DNA of 64,000 nucleotides, taken from NCBI GenBank assembly GCA_005879985.1, contig VBIA01000173.1, positions 1,562 to 65,561 of the forward strand. Reading direction: 5' to 3'. Positions 1-8,521 of the stretch are shown here, piece after piece. A program made the position numbers and the translations under genes. Position 1 is the first letter of the stretch, and every line of letters starts with the position of its first letter. The notes under the pieces were generated by a model, which did not search any database, was not told the origin of the DNA, and saw only the letters and a program-made list of their open reading frames with translations. The stretch is from Chloroflexota bacterium (GTDB lineage: Bacteria; Chloroflexota; Dormibacteria; Dormibacterales; Dormibacteraceae).

Positions 1-2
1 GC

Positions 3-578
3 GAGAAACAGGCCCTGCGCCGGCGCTTCGGCCTCGATGAGGGTCGTTTCACCGTGCTCGTGATGGGCGGCGCGGCCGGCGTCGGCGGTCTGCTGAACCA
101 GGTGCGCGCGCTGGCGTGGGATCCGCACCAGTGGCAGCTCATCGTCGTCTGCGGACGCAACGAGCGCCTGCGAAGCCACCTCTCGCGGCTTCGATACGCG
201 ACGCCGACCCTGGTGCTGGGCTTCATCGACAACATGCCGGAGCTCATGCGGGCTTCCGATGTCGCCGTCACCAAGGCTGGGCCTGGCGCGATTGTCGAGG
301 CGCTGGCGACCGGGCTGCCTTTGATCATCACCGGCTACCTGCCCGGACAGGAGACTCCGAACGTCAACTTCGTGGTCGAATCCGGCTTCGGCATGTACGC
401 GCCGCGCGCCGACGACATCGTCGAAGAGGTGCGCGTGCTCGCGGAGGGCGGACCCACATGGCAGTCGATGTCCCGACGCGCGCGCGAGTTCTCCTATCCG
501 TACGCGTCGCAGGACATCGCGCGGGAATGCCTGCTGCTGGCCGGACGCTACAGGGCTTCCGCGCAGGCGAGCCTGTAA
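3..578 (+). CDS. Glycosyltransferase family 28 C-terminal domain protein (MGDG synthase / UgtP-like), 5' end cut by the window edge
   Basis: The frame is open from base 3 (EKQALRRRFGLDEGRFTVLVMGG...). Motifs VTKAGPGAIVEALATGLPLII and PGQETPNVNFV are typical of the MGDG-synthase/MurG-like C-terminal domain. Confidence 0.7.
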   Translation, partial: EKQALRRRFGLDEGRFTVLVMGGAAGVGGLLNQVRALAWDPHQWQLIVVCGRNERLRSHLSRLRYATPTLVLGFIDNMPELMRASDVAVTKAGPGAIVEALATGLPLIITGYLPGQETPNVNFVVESGFGMYAPRADDIVEEVRVLAEGGPTWQSMSRRAREFSYPYASQDIARECLLLAGRYRASAQASL

Positions 579-2113
579 GGGCACAGCCGGCACTTTCTGC
601 GCTCGGGCTGCGGATCGAAGCGGCCGGCGCGGATCTTTTCCGCCACTTCGATCGCGATCGTCCGAGCTTCGGCCTGCAGCTTCGGCACGCCTTCGAGGCG
701 AATCGCCGAGCCCTCCGCGAGGTAGACGACCTCGAGCTCGATCGGGTCGAGGCTCAGACCTGTCGACGCGCCGAGGGCGTACAGCGCCACCTGGAGGTCG
801 CGCCTGGCGCGCGCGAGCGGACGCCCGCTCTTGTAATCGATGATGAGCCAGCCCTCGTCGGTGCGATCGACCCGGTCGATCACTCCGTGCAGCGTGAAGC
901 CGTCCACCGCGGCGGAGAATTCCCGCTCCAGCAGATCTGGCGTGCGCTCGAATCCGCCGCTCGCGCGGAAGGCCTCGAGCTGCTCGAGGCCCAGGCGCCG
1001 AAAGGTGGCTGCGCGACGTGCATCCGGGAAGCCGGACGTCTCCCACACCTCGGCGTGCATCGCGTGCAGCCGTTCGGGCGTGATGGCGTTTCCAAGGCGC
1101 CGCTCCTCGCCGGCGCGGCGCAGCACCTCGTGCAAGATCGTGCCCTGCACAGCCTCGGCGTTCTGGGCCGCCGGCAGCCTCTCCCGATAGCGAAACCAAT
1201 ACTGCCGAGGACAATCCCGATAGCTCTGGATCGCACTGAAAGAAAGAACAAGGTCGCCCTTATCAACCTCGGCGCGGCTATTGACCTCCCCGCGAGCGGG
1301 GAGGGTCAGGGTGGGGAGAAACGCACTTGCTACAGAGCGTTCCAGCACAGCGCCCGACGCTCGGAGCTCCGCCAGGAATCGCGATTCCCGCCACCGGCGC
1401 CCTCCCTCGTAGTGCTCGGCGCGAGTCAGATACAGGCGCTTGCGCGCTCGCGTCATCGCCACGTAGAGCAGCCGCCGCTCCTCCGCGACCACGTCCTCTC
1501 GCCCGCGCACGAGCGGCTCGAGTACCGCCGGCGGCAGCACGAATCGCTGCGACCGTCCTGACTGCGGCAGCCTCCCCTCCACCAGCGACGGCACGAACAC
1601 CACATCGAACTCGAGTCCCTTGGCCTGATGGATGGTCATGACCGAGATCGCGTCGCCGCCGCGCTCGGGCGCCGCCGGCGCCTCGTCCTCTCCGGATAAA
1701 AGGACGAGGTCGAGATGAGCCATGTACGCGGCAAGTGAGTGGTTTGGACTTGAGTCGCAGAACTCCGCGATCGCCTCCGCCAACCTGCTGACATTGGCCG
1801 CCACGCGCGCCGCTTCGCTCGACTCAATGGTGGCGGACCGCCGGTCCAGGTAGCGCGTGCCGTTCATCAGCTCGAAGAGGAGATCGCGCACATCCATCGA
1901 CTGCGCAAGCGAGCTCAGCGCATCAACGAGCGCTTCCGAGCATTCGGGCGTCCGGGTTTTCACTCGGAACGCGGCGACCTGATCACTGGGGTCGTGCAGC
2001 ACACGCAGCATTGCGATGACGTCGCGGATCTCCGGCCGGTCGTAGACTCGGCAAGACGCCTCGCCTCGGCGGCGATCGCCCCGGCCTCGCCCACGCCATC
2101 CTCGCATCGCCAC
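548..2113 (-). CDS. C-terminal fragment of a UvrD/PcrA-type helicase fused to a PD-(D/E)XK (RecB/Cas4-like, 4-Cys) nuclease domain
   Basis: Helicase motif V (VMTIHQAKGLEFDVVFV) and motif VI (RRLLYVAMTRARKRLYL). Nuclease motifs GVIDRVD, IIDYKSG and QVALYALG, plus Cys in YRDCP and CRLCPYRLAC. Homology begins near YDRPEIRD (about 2050), not at the listed Met. Confidence 0.8.
   Translation of the reverse strand: MAMRGWRGRGRGDRRRGEASCRVYDRPEIRDVIAMLRVLHDPSDQVAAFRVKTRTPECSEALVDALSSLAQSMDVRDLLFELMNGTRYLDRRSATIESSEAARVAANVSRLAEAIAEFCDSSPNHSLAAYMAHLDLVLLSGEDEAPAAPERGGDAISVMTIHQAKGLEFDVVFVPSLVEGRLPQSGRSQRFVLPPAVLEPLVRGREDVVAEERRLLYVAMTRARKRLYLTRAEHYEGGRRWRESRFLAELRASGAVLERSVASAFLPTLTLPARGEVNSRAEVDKGDLVLSFSAIQSYRDCPRQYWFRYRERLPAAQNAEAVQGTILHEVLRRAGEERRLGNAITPERLHAMHAEVWETSGFPDARRAATFRRLGLEQLEAFRASGGFERTPDLLEREFSAAVDGFTLHGVIDRVDRTDEGWLIIDYKSGRPLARARRDLQVALYALGASTGLSLDPIELEVVYLAEGSAIRLEGVPKLQAEARTIAIEVAEKIRAGRFDPQPERRKCRLCPYRLACAEAL
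1285..1318. repeat. Copy A of a dispersed hairpin plus G-tract repeat, lying inside the helicase-nuclease ORF
   Basis: Perfect 9-bp inverted repeat CCTCCCCGC-GA-GCGGGGAGG (1285-1304) runs into GGGAGGGTCAGGGTGGGGAG. Related copies are at 17238, 17289 and 55326. Confidence 0.75.
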
Positions 2114-3081
2114 AGCTCGACGCGCCGGCCGGATCTGGTGGCCGACAGCTCCTTGGCAAGGCGCTCCGCGTTGTTGCCGATCAATGCCGCCGCGGCGGCG
2201 ACGATTCTCGCCGAGCTCCGCTGATTCTTGCCCAGCGTCACCGTCCGCGCATTCGAGAACCGGTCCAGGAACCGCTCCAGGCTCGCGCGCGACGCGCCAC
2301 GGAACCGGTAGATGCTCTGGTCGTCGTCGCCGACGACGAACGGCGCGCCGCCGAACGATACGAGCTCAACCAGCCGCTCCTGCGCGAGGTTGAGGTCCTG
2401 GTATTCGTCGACGAGCACGTGCGGGTACCGGCGGCGATACGCGGCCGCCACGCGCGGGTCGCTCGACAGCATCGCGACCGATCGCTCGAGAAGATCGTCG
2501 AAATCAAGCAGGCCGCGCTTGCGGCACTCGAGCTCGTAGGCCCGAAATAGGCGCACGCACGCATGCATGAGCGCGGCCCGCTCTGCGTCGTCCGCTGAGT
2601 CGGCCCACTCGTCGAGCCGTCGCAACGGGACCAGCTCTTGCTTCAGGCGCTCGAGCATCTGCAGCGCCGGCGCCACCAGGTCGTCCGGCCGCTCGTCACC
2701 GACCAGCGCCGCATCGCCGAGCTCCCACATGAGCTCCCGCGCGAGGATCCACCGCTCGGCGCCGCTCACGATCCGGAACCCTGCTGGCACCCCGACGCGC
2801 CAGCCGTCCGCGCGCAGCCAGCCCAGCGCGATCGCATGCACCGTGCCCACCGCATGCGCGTCCGCCCCGGCGAGGTCCTCGATGCGCTGGCGCATCTCCT
2901 GGGCGGCACGATCGGTGAAGGTCATGACCAGAATGGACGATGGGTCCAGTCCCGCGGCCACGAGCCGCCGGAATCTCTCGGCGATGACCGCGGTCTTGCC
3001 GGTGCCCGCTCCGGCGATGACGCGGACCGGCGTCGGGCTCAGCGCGGCGGCTTCGCGCTGACGCGCATCCAGACGCGTCAC
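1960..3081 (-). CDS. N-terminal fragment of the UvrD/PcrA-type helicase (motifs I-IV)
   Basis: AGAGTGKT (motif I), VDEYQD (II), VGDDDQSIYRFRGA (III), GKNQRS (IV). A GTG at 3081 overlaps the DUF721 stop as GTGA. Homology ends at about 2050 (..ARRLAES), after which the frame is junk until the stop at 1960. Confidence 0.8.
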   Translation of the reverse strand: MTRLDARQREAAALSPTPVRVIAGAGTGKTAVIAERFRRLVAAGLDPSSILVMTFTDRAAQEMRQRIEDLAGADAHAVGTVHAIALGWLRADGWRVGVPAGFRIVSGAERWILARELMWELGDAALVGDERPDDLVAPALQMLERLKQELVPLRRLDEWADSADDAERAALMHACVRLFRAYELECRKRGLLDFDDLLERSVAMLSSDPRVAAAYRRRYPHVLVDEYQDLNLAQERLVELVSFGGAPFVVGDDDQSIYRFRGASRASLERFLDRFSNARTVTLGKNQRSSARIVAAAAALIGNNAERLAKELSATRSGRRVELWRCEDGVGEAGAIAAEARRLAESTTGRRSATSSQCCVCCTTPVIRSPRSE

Positions 3082-3383
3082 GTCGGGGTCGAGCGCCCGA
3101 TGCGCACGCGCAGGATGCGGACGCGCCGGCCCAGGTCCATGCCGTTGAGCCGGGCGATCACGGTCTCGGCATCCAGCCGCAGCTGGTGCGCCAGCGCCGG
3201 GCTCGATGTGGTCACCATCAGCACGCCCGACTTGAGCTCGACCGCCTCGCAAAGCCGAGCGGGTTCTGGGCCGATCACGATGCGAAAGGCGACGGCCACC
3301 CGCATGCCCAGGAGCCGTCCTCCGCCCGGCTGGCGCCGGACCACCGTGGGGAGGATATTGCCCAGCTTATCCACAGGCTTCAA
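3078..3383 (-). CDS. DUF721 domain protein (DciA-like), in the usual position after recF
   Basis: About 100 aa, with the pattern ..IVIGPEPARLCEAVELKSGVLMVTTSSPALAHQLRLDAETVIARLN.. typical of DUF721. Its start overlaps the recF stop. Confidence 0.7.
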   Translation of the reverse strand: MKPVDKLGNILPTVVRRQPGGGRLLGMRVAVAFRIVIGPEPARLCEAVELKSGVLMVTTSSPALAHQLRLDAETVIARLNGMDLGRRVRILRVRIGRSTPT

Positions 3384-4452
3384 TTCGCCCCGAATTCACG
3401 CTCCACACGCGTGCACCCGTGATGAGATCCGCCGGAAACGGACCCATCTCGGCCGACGTGATGATGACCTGACCCTCGCCCGCCACTCTGCGCAGAAGGG
3501 CGGCGCGCCGCTCGGCGTCCAGCTCCGACAGGACGTCGTCCAGCAGGAGCACGGGCCGTTCACCGGCGCGCCTCGTGACGAGCGCCGCCTCAGCGAGCTT
3601 GAGGCTCACCACCGCGGTCCGCTGCTGCCCCTGGGAGGCGTAGCTTCGAGCGTCACGCCCGTCGAGCCGGATGAGCAGGTCGTCGTGATGAGGACCGATC
3701 GTTGTCGACCCCCTCCGCAAGTCGTCGCCAAGCGACTTTTCCACAGCATCTCCGAAGTTCTCGGGGGGTCCGATGTAGGCGATTTCGAGCCGTTCGCCGG
3801 CCGCGATTTCAGCGTGGCTTTCTGCCGCGTACGGCCGCAGCTCCTCGACCGCCCTGGCACGCGCGCCGGCTATGTCCGAGCCGTAAGCCACGAGCTCGGC
3901 GTTCCAGGCTTCCAACACGCCCGGCGCCTCCTCGCCGGCGGCGATCCTCTTGAGCAGGCTGTTGCGCTGCTCGAGCACCCGCCGGAGGGCGGCCAGGTTG
4001 CGCGCGTAGCCCGGCTCGACCTGCACCAGCATCTGGTTGAGGAAGCGGCGGCGCTGCTCGGGCCCCGCCTTGACCAGGCCGAGGTCGTCGGGCCAGAAGA
4101 GCGTCACCCGGAAATGGCCCGGCAGGTCGAAGCCACGGCGGCGGACACCGTCGACCTCGATGACGCGCCGCACTCGTTCGCCTTCTCCCTGCAGGGTGAT
4201 CGTCACCTCGAGCCCGCGACCCGCCGACTCCACCTCGGCGTGGATGCGGGCAGCAGGCGTCACGGGTCCGAGCAGCTCCTGGTCGCGCCTGGCGCGCGGC
4301 GACGAGGACAGCGCGAGCATCGCCACTGCCTCCAGCAGGTTGGTCTTGCCCTGCCCGTTCGCACCCACGAAAACGTTCACGCCGGGTCCAGGCTCCAGGT
4401 CGAGGTGTGCGTAGTTGCGGTGGTTGTTCAGTTCTAGGCGCTTGAGCTCCAC
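3367..4452 (-). CDS. recF: DNA replication/repair protein RecF
   Basis: N-terminal Walker A (VFVGANGQGKTNLLEAV), signature ASQGQQRT and Walker B (LLLDDVLSELD). Sits between dnaN and DUF721. Confidence 0.95.
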   Translation of the reverse strand: MELKRLELNNHRNYAHLDLEPGPGVNVFVGANGQGKTNLLEAVAMLALSSSPRARRDQELLGPVTPAARIHAEVESAGRGLEVTITLQGEGERVRRVIEVDGVRRRGFDLPGHFRVTLFWPDDLGLVKAGPEQRRRFLNQMLVQVEPGYARNLAALRRVLEQRNSLLKRIAAGEEAPGVLEAWNAELVAYGSDIAGARARAVEELRPYAAESHAEIAAGERLEIAYIGPPENFGDAVEKSLGDDLRRGSTTIGPHHDDLLIRLDGRDARSYASQGQQRTAVVSLKLAEAALVTRRAGERPVLLLDDVLSELDAERRAALLRRVAGEGQVIITSAEMGPFPADLITGARVWSVNSGRIEACG

Positions 4453-4465
4453 GCCGGAAGCCCGA

Positions 4466-5542
4466 CTACGACATGGCCACCCGCACAGGCATGATCACGT
4501 AGAGGTAGTGCTCCTTGCCCGGCGGGCGGATCAGCCCTGGGCTGAGCGGACCGTCGAAGAGCAGCTCGACCTGATCCTCGCCGATCACCCCCAGGGCGTC
4601 TAGGACGTAGCGGGCATTGAACGCAATCTGGATCTCCGATCCCTCGACGTCGGCAGGCATCTCGGCCTTGCTGTCCCCCACCTCGTTCGTCGTCGCCGAC
4701 AAAACGACGGCGCCGGCGTGGGCTTTGACGCGGATGACGTTGGCGCTGTCGCGAGCGAAAAGCGACACCGCTCGCACGGTTTGCGTCAGCTCAGACGTGG
4801 CCAGCCGGACCTTGGTCGAGCTCTTGCTGGGGATAACTTGTGAGTAATTTGGATACTTTCCGTCGATAAGCCGAGACGTCAACTCCGAGTTGCCGGCTTT
4901 GAAGAAAATCTGGTTGCGGGCCTTCGAGATGATGATCTCGACCTGGCCAGGCTCGCCCTTCAGCACGCGGCTCAGCTCGGCCAGCGCTCGTGCCGGCACG
5001 ATGAGACTTGCGTCGAGCTCAGCGCCGCCGCTCGCCGGAAGCTTGCGCACCGCGAGCCGGTGCCCGTCGGTGGCGGCCAGCGTCAGGTTTCCCTGCTCGA
5101 CCGCCTTGATCAGCTCATCGAGCGGCACCTGCAGCCGGTCGCCCTCGTCCGGTCGCGGACCTGGCGGGAACTCCTCGGCCTCGATGCACTTGATGTGGGT
5201 GTCGAAGCGTGCGCATCGCAGTGAAAGTGACTGCGTCGCGCCGTCGAGCGTCATCTCGAGTTCCTCGTCGGGAAGCGTGCCCACGAAATCGGTGAGCAGG
5301 CGCGCCGGAGCGGTGGTGCTGCCCTCCATGGCGACCTCGGCCGGCACCAGCTTGCGGATGCCGATCTCGAGGTTGGTCGCGCTGAGCGCAAGTCCTTCAG
5401 GCGTGGTCTCGATGAGGATGTTGTTCAGGATAGGCAGCGTCGTCCGGCTCGAGATCGCGCGCGACACGACCTGAAGCGCCTGCCCTAGCACTGAGGGTCT
5501 GCAGGTCACCTTCATCTGCGTTGCGATGGCTTTAGCACTCAC
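4466..5542 (-). CDS. dnaN: DNA polymerase III beta sliding clamp, with an apparent internal gap of about 20 aa
   Basis: SSRTTLPILNNILIE, ATDGHRLAVRK, SRLIDGKYPNY and MPVR are clamp signatures. The GTG at 5542 has a GGGGGA Shine-Dalgarno 8 nt upstream; an alternative ATG is at 5515 (MKVTCRP). Confidence 0.9.
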   Translation of the reverse strand: MSAKAIATQMKVTCRPSVLGQALQVVSRAISSRTTLPILNNILIETTPEGLALSATNLEIGIRKLVPAEVAMEGSTTAPARLLTDFVGTLPDEELEMTLDGATQSLSLRCARFDTHIKCIEAEEFPPGPRPDEGDRLQVPLDELIKAVEQGNLTLAATDGHRLAVRKLPASGGAELDASLIVPARALAELSRVLKGEPGQVEIIISKARNQIFFKAGNSELTSRLIDGKYPNYSQVIPSKSSTKVRLATSELTQTVRAVSLFARDSANVIRVKAHAGAVVLSATTNEVGDSKAEMPADVEGSEIQIAFNARYVLDALGVIGEDQVELLFDGPLSPGLIRPPGKEHYLYVIMPVRVAMS

Positions 5543-5783
5543 GACAGTTGTCCCCCGTTGTTTCCGGTCTTACTAATTGATTCAATCCGTAACGGATAAC
5601 AGTAAGCGCTGTGGGTACTGTGGATATAGAGATCCTTTACAGATCGCGACTCGCCGTGGATAACCGCTTCGGAGCCGGTGCGCATCCCCCTGCGGGCTGT
5701 GGCACTGGTGGGAAAAAGACGCCGGCGGGCCGATAATCCAATCGCTTTCCCCACCACTTCGGAAGAAGATGTGGAAACGCGCA
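5543..5783. promoter_or_regulatory. dnaA-dnaN intergenic region with DnaA-box-like 9-mers and the most AT-rich stretch nearby (possible second oriC module or DUE)
   Basis: TGTGGATAT at 5619-5627 and CGTGGATAA at 5655-5663 each have one mismatch to TGTGGATAA. ACGGATAA lies at 5592-5599. The flanking sequence cttactaattgattcaatcc is AT-rich. Confidence 0.5.
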
Positions 5784-7166
5784 TCACTCTGCGTAGAGGT
5801 GCTCGCGGATTGCCTGGACCTCGAAGCGCAACCTCTCGTCCTCCTTCAGCTCATTGGCGATCTTCTCGATCGAGTGAAGCGCAGTCGTGTGGTCCCTGCC
5901 TCCGAACGCCTTGCCGATTGCAGGAAGTGACGACGGCGTCTCCTCGCGAACCAGAAACATCGCCACCTGGCGGGGGAAGACGATGTGCTTGTCTCGGCGC
6001 TTGCTCTTCATGTCCTCGAGGGTGATGTTGTAGAAGTCGGCGACGAGCATCTGGATGCGGTCGACGTTGATGGGCTTGCGCGTGCCGGCCGGGATGATGT
6101 CGGCCAGCAGCCGCGCCGCCTCGTCCTCGTCGACGGACCGCTGATGAACCGCGGCAAATGCCTGCACCCTCGTCAACGCCCCCTCGAGCTCGCGGATGTT
6201 GCGTTGCACCTTGTGCGCGATGAAGTTCAGGACTTCCTCGGGGACGAGGCTCGTACGGCCGCCCAGCTTGGAGTGGAGGATCGCGAGTCGAGTTTCGAAG
6301 TCTGGCGGCTGGATGTCGGCGATGAGGCCCCACTCGAATCGCGACCGCAGCCTGTCCTCCAGCGTTGGAATCTCTTTCGGCGGACGATCGGACGAGATGA
6401 CGATCTGCTTGTTGATCTCGTGCAGCGCGTTGAAGGTGTGGAAGAACTCTTCCTTCGTCCTGTCCTTTCCGGCAAGGAACTGGACGTCGTCGATGAGCAG
6501 CACGTCGACCGTGCGGTACTTGTGCCGGAACTCGCCCATTCGCGCGGTGGCGATGGAGCTGATCACCTCGTTGGTGAACTGCTCGGACGTCAGGTAGACG
6601 ACGCGCTTGCGCGGGAAGCGGTCGTGCACCTCATGGCCGATCGCGTGCATCAGGTGCGTCTTGCCCAAGCCCACGCCTCCGTAGAGGAACAGGGGGTTAT
6701 AGCTGTCGCCCGGCGCTTCGGCCACGGCCTTGGCGGCCGCATGGGCGAACTGAGAGTTGTGACCGACGACGAACGACGAGAAACGAAAGCGCACGTTGAG
6801 CTCTGATGGGGCAGGCGCGATGTCCGGCTCCGCTCCCTTCTCGGGCCCATTCTCATGACCGTTCGCGCTGAGGCCGTCGTCATCCTCGCCATCGGTCGCT
6901 ACCAGCGGCGGTCGATGGCTGCTCGGCGAGATGACGAAGTCGATACCGACCTCGGCGCCGGTCACAGCCTGCAACGTCTCCTGGATGAGGCCCGAGAAAC
7001 GATCCTCGAGCCAATCCTTCGCGAGCTTGCTCGGGACTCCGATGCGGAAAGTGCTGCCGTCCGCCGACACGACCGACGTGTTCTTGAGCCACATGTCGTA
7101 CGTGCGCTTGGCCAGCTGGAACCGGAGCTCCTCCTGGACCTGGGACCAGATCTGATCCTGGTTCAC
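5784..7166 (-). CDS. dnaA: Chromosomal replication initiator protein DnaA
   Basis: AAA+ Walker A (LFLYGGVGLGKTHLMHAIG), Walker B (LLIDDVQFL), sensor and box VII (IVISSDRPP) and the C-terminal DNA-binding domain (IVFPRQVAMFLVRE..GGRDHTTALHS). Confidence 0.97.
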   Translation of the reverse strand: MNQDQIWSQVQEELRFQLAKRTYDMWLKNTSVVSADGSTFRIGVPSKLAKDWLEDRFSGLIQETLQAVTGAEVGIDFVISPSSHRPPLVATDGEDDDGLSANGHENGPEKGAEPDIAPAPSELNVRFRFSSFVVGHNSQFAHAAAKAVAEAPGDSYNPLFLYGGVGLGKTHLMHAIGHEVHDRFPRKRVVYLTSEQFTNEVISSIATARMGEFRHKYRTVDVLLIDDVQFLAGKDRTKEEFFHTFNALHEINKQIVISSDRPPKEIPTLEDRLRSRFEWGLIADIQPPDFETRLAILHSKLGGRTSLVPEEVLNFIAHKVQRNIRELEGALTRVQAFAAVHQRSVDEDEAARLLADIIPAGTRKPINVDRIQMLVADFYNITLEDMKSKRRDKHIVFPRQVAMFLVREETPSSLPAIGKAFGGRDHTTALHSIEKIANELKEDERLRFEVQAIREHLYAE

Positions 7167-7727
7167 GTCACACCCTCCCGCAATTGGTTGCCCGCCGGCT
7201 CGTCATCAGAAAGCGCACCAATGCGCTCGCCGCCGCCTGGGAACAATGGGCCGCCGACTTATGCATATGCTGTGGATAACCTGGGTCAAACCGGGGGTCC
7301 GAGCTCGCCGCCTGCCGGCGTCCCGAACGGCGTTTTCGCCCTGGATTCGCGCGCTCACGTTCAGCCGAAGATCTTCGACTCTCCAGGACCGCCTCCAATG
7401 TATCTGTGGATAAGATCGGAGCAGATTTCCACAGGCTGGGGCCGCCCGCCAGCATGAAATCTCCCTACCGACCAATGTCTTTTATGGAAGCGGTGTTGTG
7501 CGCTTTAGCCCTAATCCTGATCGAGGATAAGGCCTAAGTACTGGTGGGAGACCTGTACTGGGACTTGGTGAGGAGGGCGCTTGCCTTGCTTCCGGGGCGG
7601 GATTGTAGCACCGGCCCAGTGGTGTCGCAAGGCATTTTGGAAATTCGATGAAGTGATAGCGATGGTGTAGCGCTCGCGCAGCCTTTCCGATCGCAGATTC
7701 CGCCGTTCGGTACACTACCGCGGTCAC
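7167..7727. promoter_or_regulatory. Putative oriC / dnaA promoter region in the dnaA-rpmH spacer
   Basis: Perfect DnaA boxes TGTGGATAA at 7271-7279 and 7405-7413. Weaker boxes ATTTCCACA (7425-7433) and CGAGGATAA (7522-7530). Relatively AT-rich segments at 7455-7540 and 7630-7650. Confidence 0.65.
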
Positions 7728-7862
7728 ATGAAGAGGACCTTCCAGCCCAAGAAGCGATACCGCCGCCGCGTGCACGGATTCCTGCGCCGGATGAGCAGCA
7801 AGGGCGGGGCGCACGTCATTCAGAACCGCCGCCGCAAGGGTCGCCACCGGCTGACCAAGTAG
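7728..7862 (+). CDS. rpmH: 50S ribosomal protein L34
   Basis: Hand translation gives [44 protein letters not shown] (44 aa). It is too short for the ORF track and lies directly upstream of rnpA. Confidence 0.95.
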   Translation: MKRTFQPKKRYRRRVHGFLRRMSSKGGAHVIQNRRRKGRHRLTK

Positions 7863-7874
7863 CCGGCCGCCCTC

Positions 7875-8234
7875 GTGAAGAGGCGGTTCCGGCTCCGCCG
7901 TAAATCGGATTTCGACGACGCCATGCGGGGCAAGCGTGTTTACAGCGGTCAAGGCCTGCTCGCGCTTGCGGTCCCCAACGGCGGCCCTGAGACAAGAGTC
8001 GGAGTCACCGTCAGTCGACAGTTGAAGGGAGCGGTCGATCGCAACCGCGCCAGGCGCCGGGTGCGGGAAGCGGCGCGAGCCTCCCTCTTCGAGGGAGATT
8101 CAGGCGCCGAGCAGCGGGGAATACGATATGACGTGGTCCTGATCGCCCGGCCCGCCGCGCTGACCCTGCGGTTCGCCGACCTTAAAGAGGAGACCGAACA
8201 GGCGGCTCTCCGGCTCACCGAGCGCATCCGATGA
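7875..8234 (+). CDS. rnpA: Ribonuclease P protein component
   Basis: GTG start; basic protein ([13 protein letters not shown]..., [11 protein letters not shown]) between rpmH and yidD. Confidence 0.85.
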   Translation: MKRRFRLRRKSDFDDAMRGKRVYSGQGLLALAVPNGGPETRVGVTVSRQLKGAVDRNRARRRVREAARASLFEGDSGAEQRGIRYDVVLIARPAALTLRFADLKEETEQAALRLTERIR

Positions 8235-8440
8235 CACGTGTGGTGCTGGCCGCAATTCGCGGTTACCAGATGTCGTTCTCGAAGGTCCTCCCGCCCTCGT
8301 GCCGCTACTACCCGTCGTGCTCTCACTACACGTACGAGGCGATCGAGCGTTACGGCTGGTGGAAGGGTGGCTGGATGGGGGCCGCGCGAATCGCCAGGTG
8401 TCATCCGTTCGCCAAAGGCGGCTACGATCCGGTCCCCTGA
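8231..8440 (+). CDS. yidD: Membrane protein insertion efficiency factor YidD
   Basis: [19 protein letters not shown]...RCHPF signature. ATGA overlap with the rnpA stop. Confidence 0.9.
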   Translation: MTRVVLAAIRGYQMSFSKVLPPSCRYYPSCSHYTYEAIERYGWWKGGWMGAARIARCHPFAKGGYDPVP

Positions 8441-8521
8441 TCACGTTCTAGGAGAATTCAAGCCATCTATCTGAGCTCGATCCTCGATATCTTTCAGCCG
8501 ATCGTCAAGCTCTGGGAGCTG

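Noticed and set aside
116-1561. 481-aa plus-strand ORF overlapping the helicase-nuclease gene
   Set aside because: The translation is Arg/Ala/Gly/Pro-rich and low in complexity, with no motifs. It lies antisense to an ORF with clear helicase and nuclease motifs, which is typical of shadow ORFs in high-GC DNA.
2638-4437. 599-aa plus-strand ORF across the recF/DUF721/helicase region
   Set aside because: It is antisense to three well-supported genes and its composition is that of a GC-rich shadow frame.
7688-7727. rpmH promoter with TACACT as the -10 element, giving a near-leaderless mRNA
   Set aside because: The TACACT at 7711-7716 is suggestive, and no Shine-Dalgarno precedes the ATG. No convincing -35 element was found at 16-19 nt spacing, so it is too weak to report as a feature.
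7482-7952. 156-aa minus-strand ORF covering the origin spacer, rpmH and the rnpA start
   Set aside because: It is antisense to rpmH/rnpA and has no motifs. The region is better explained as oriC plus rpmH.
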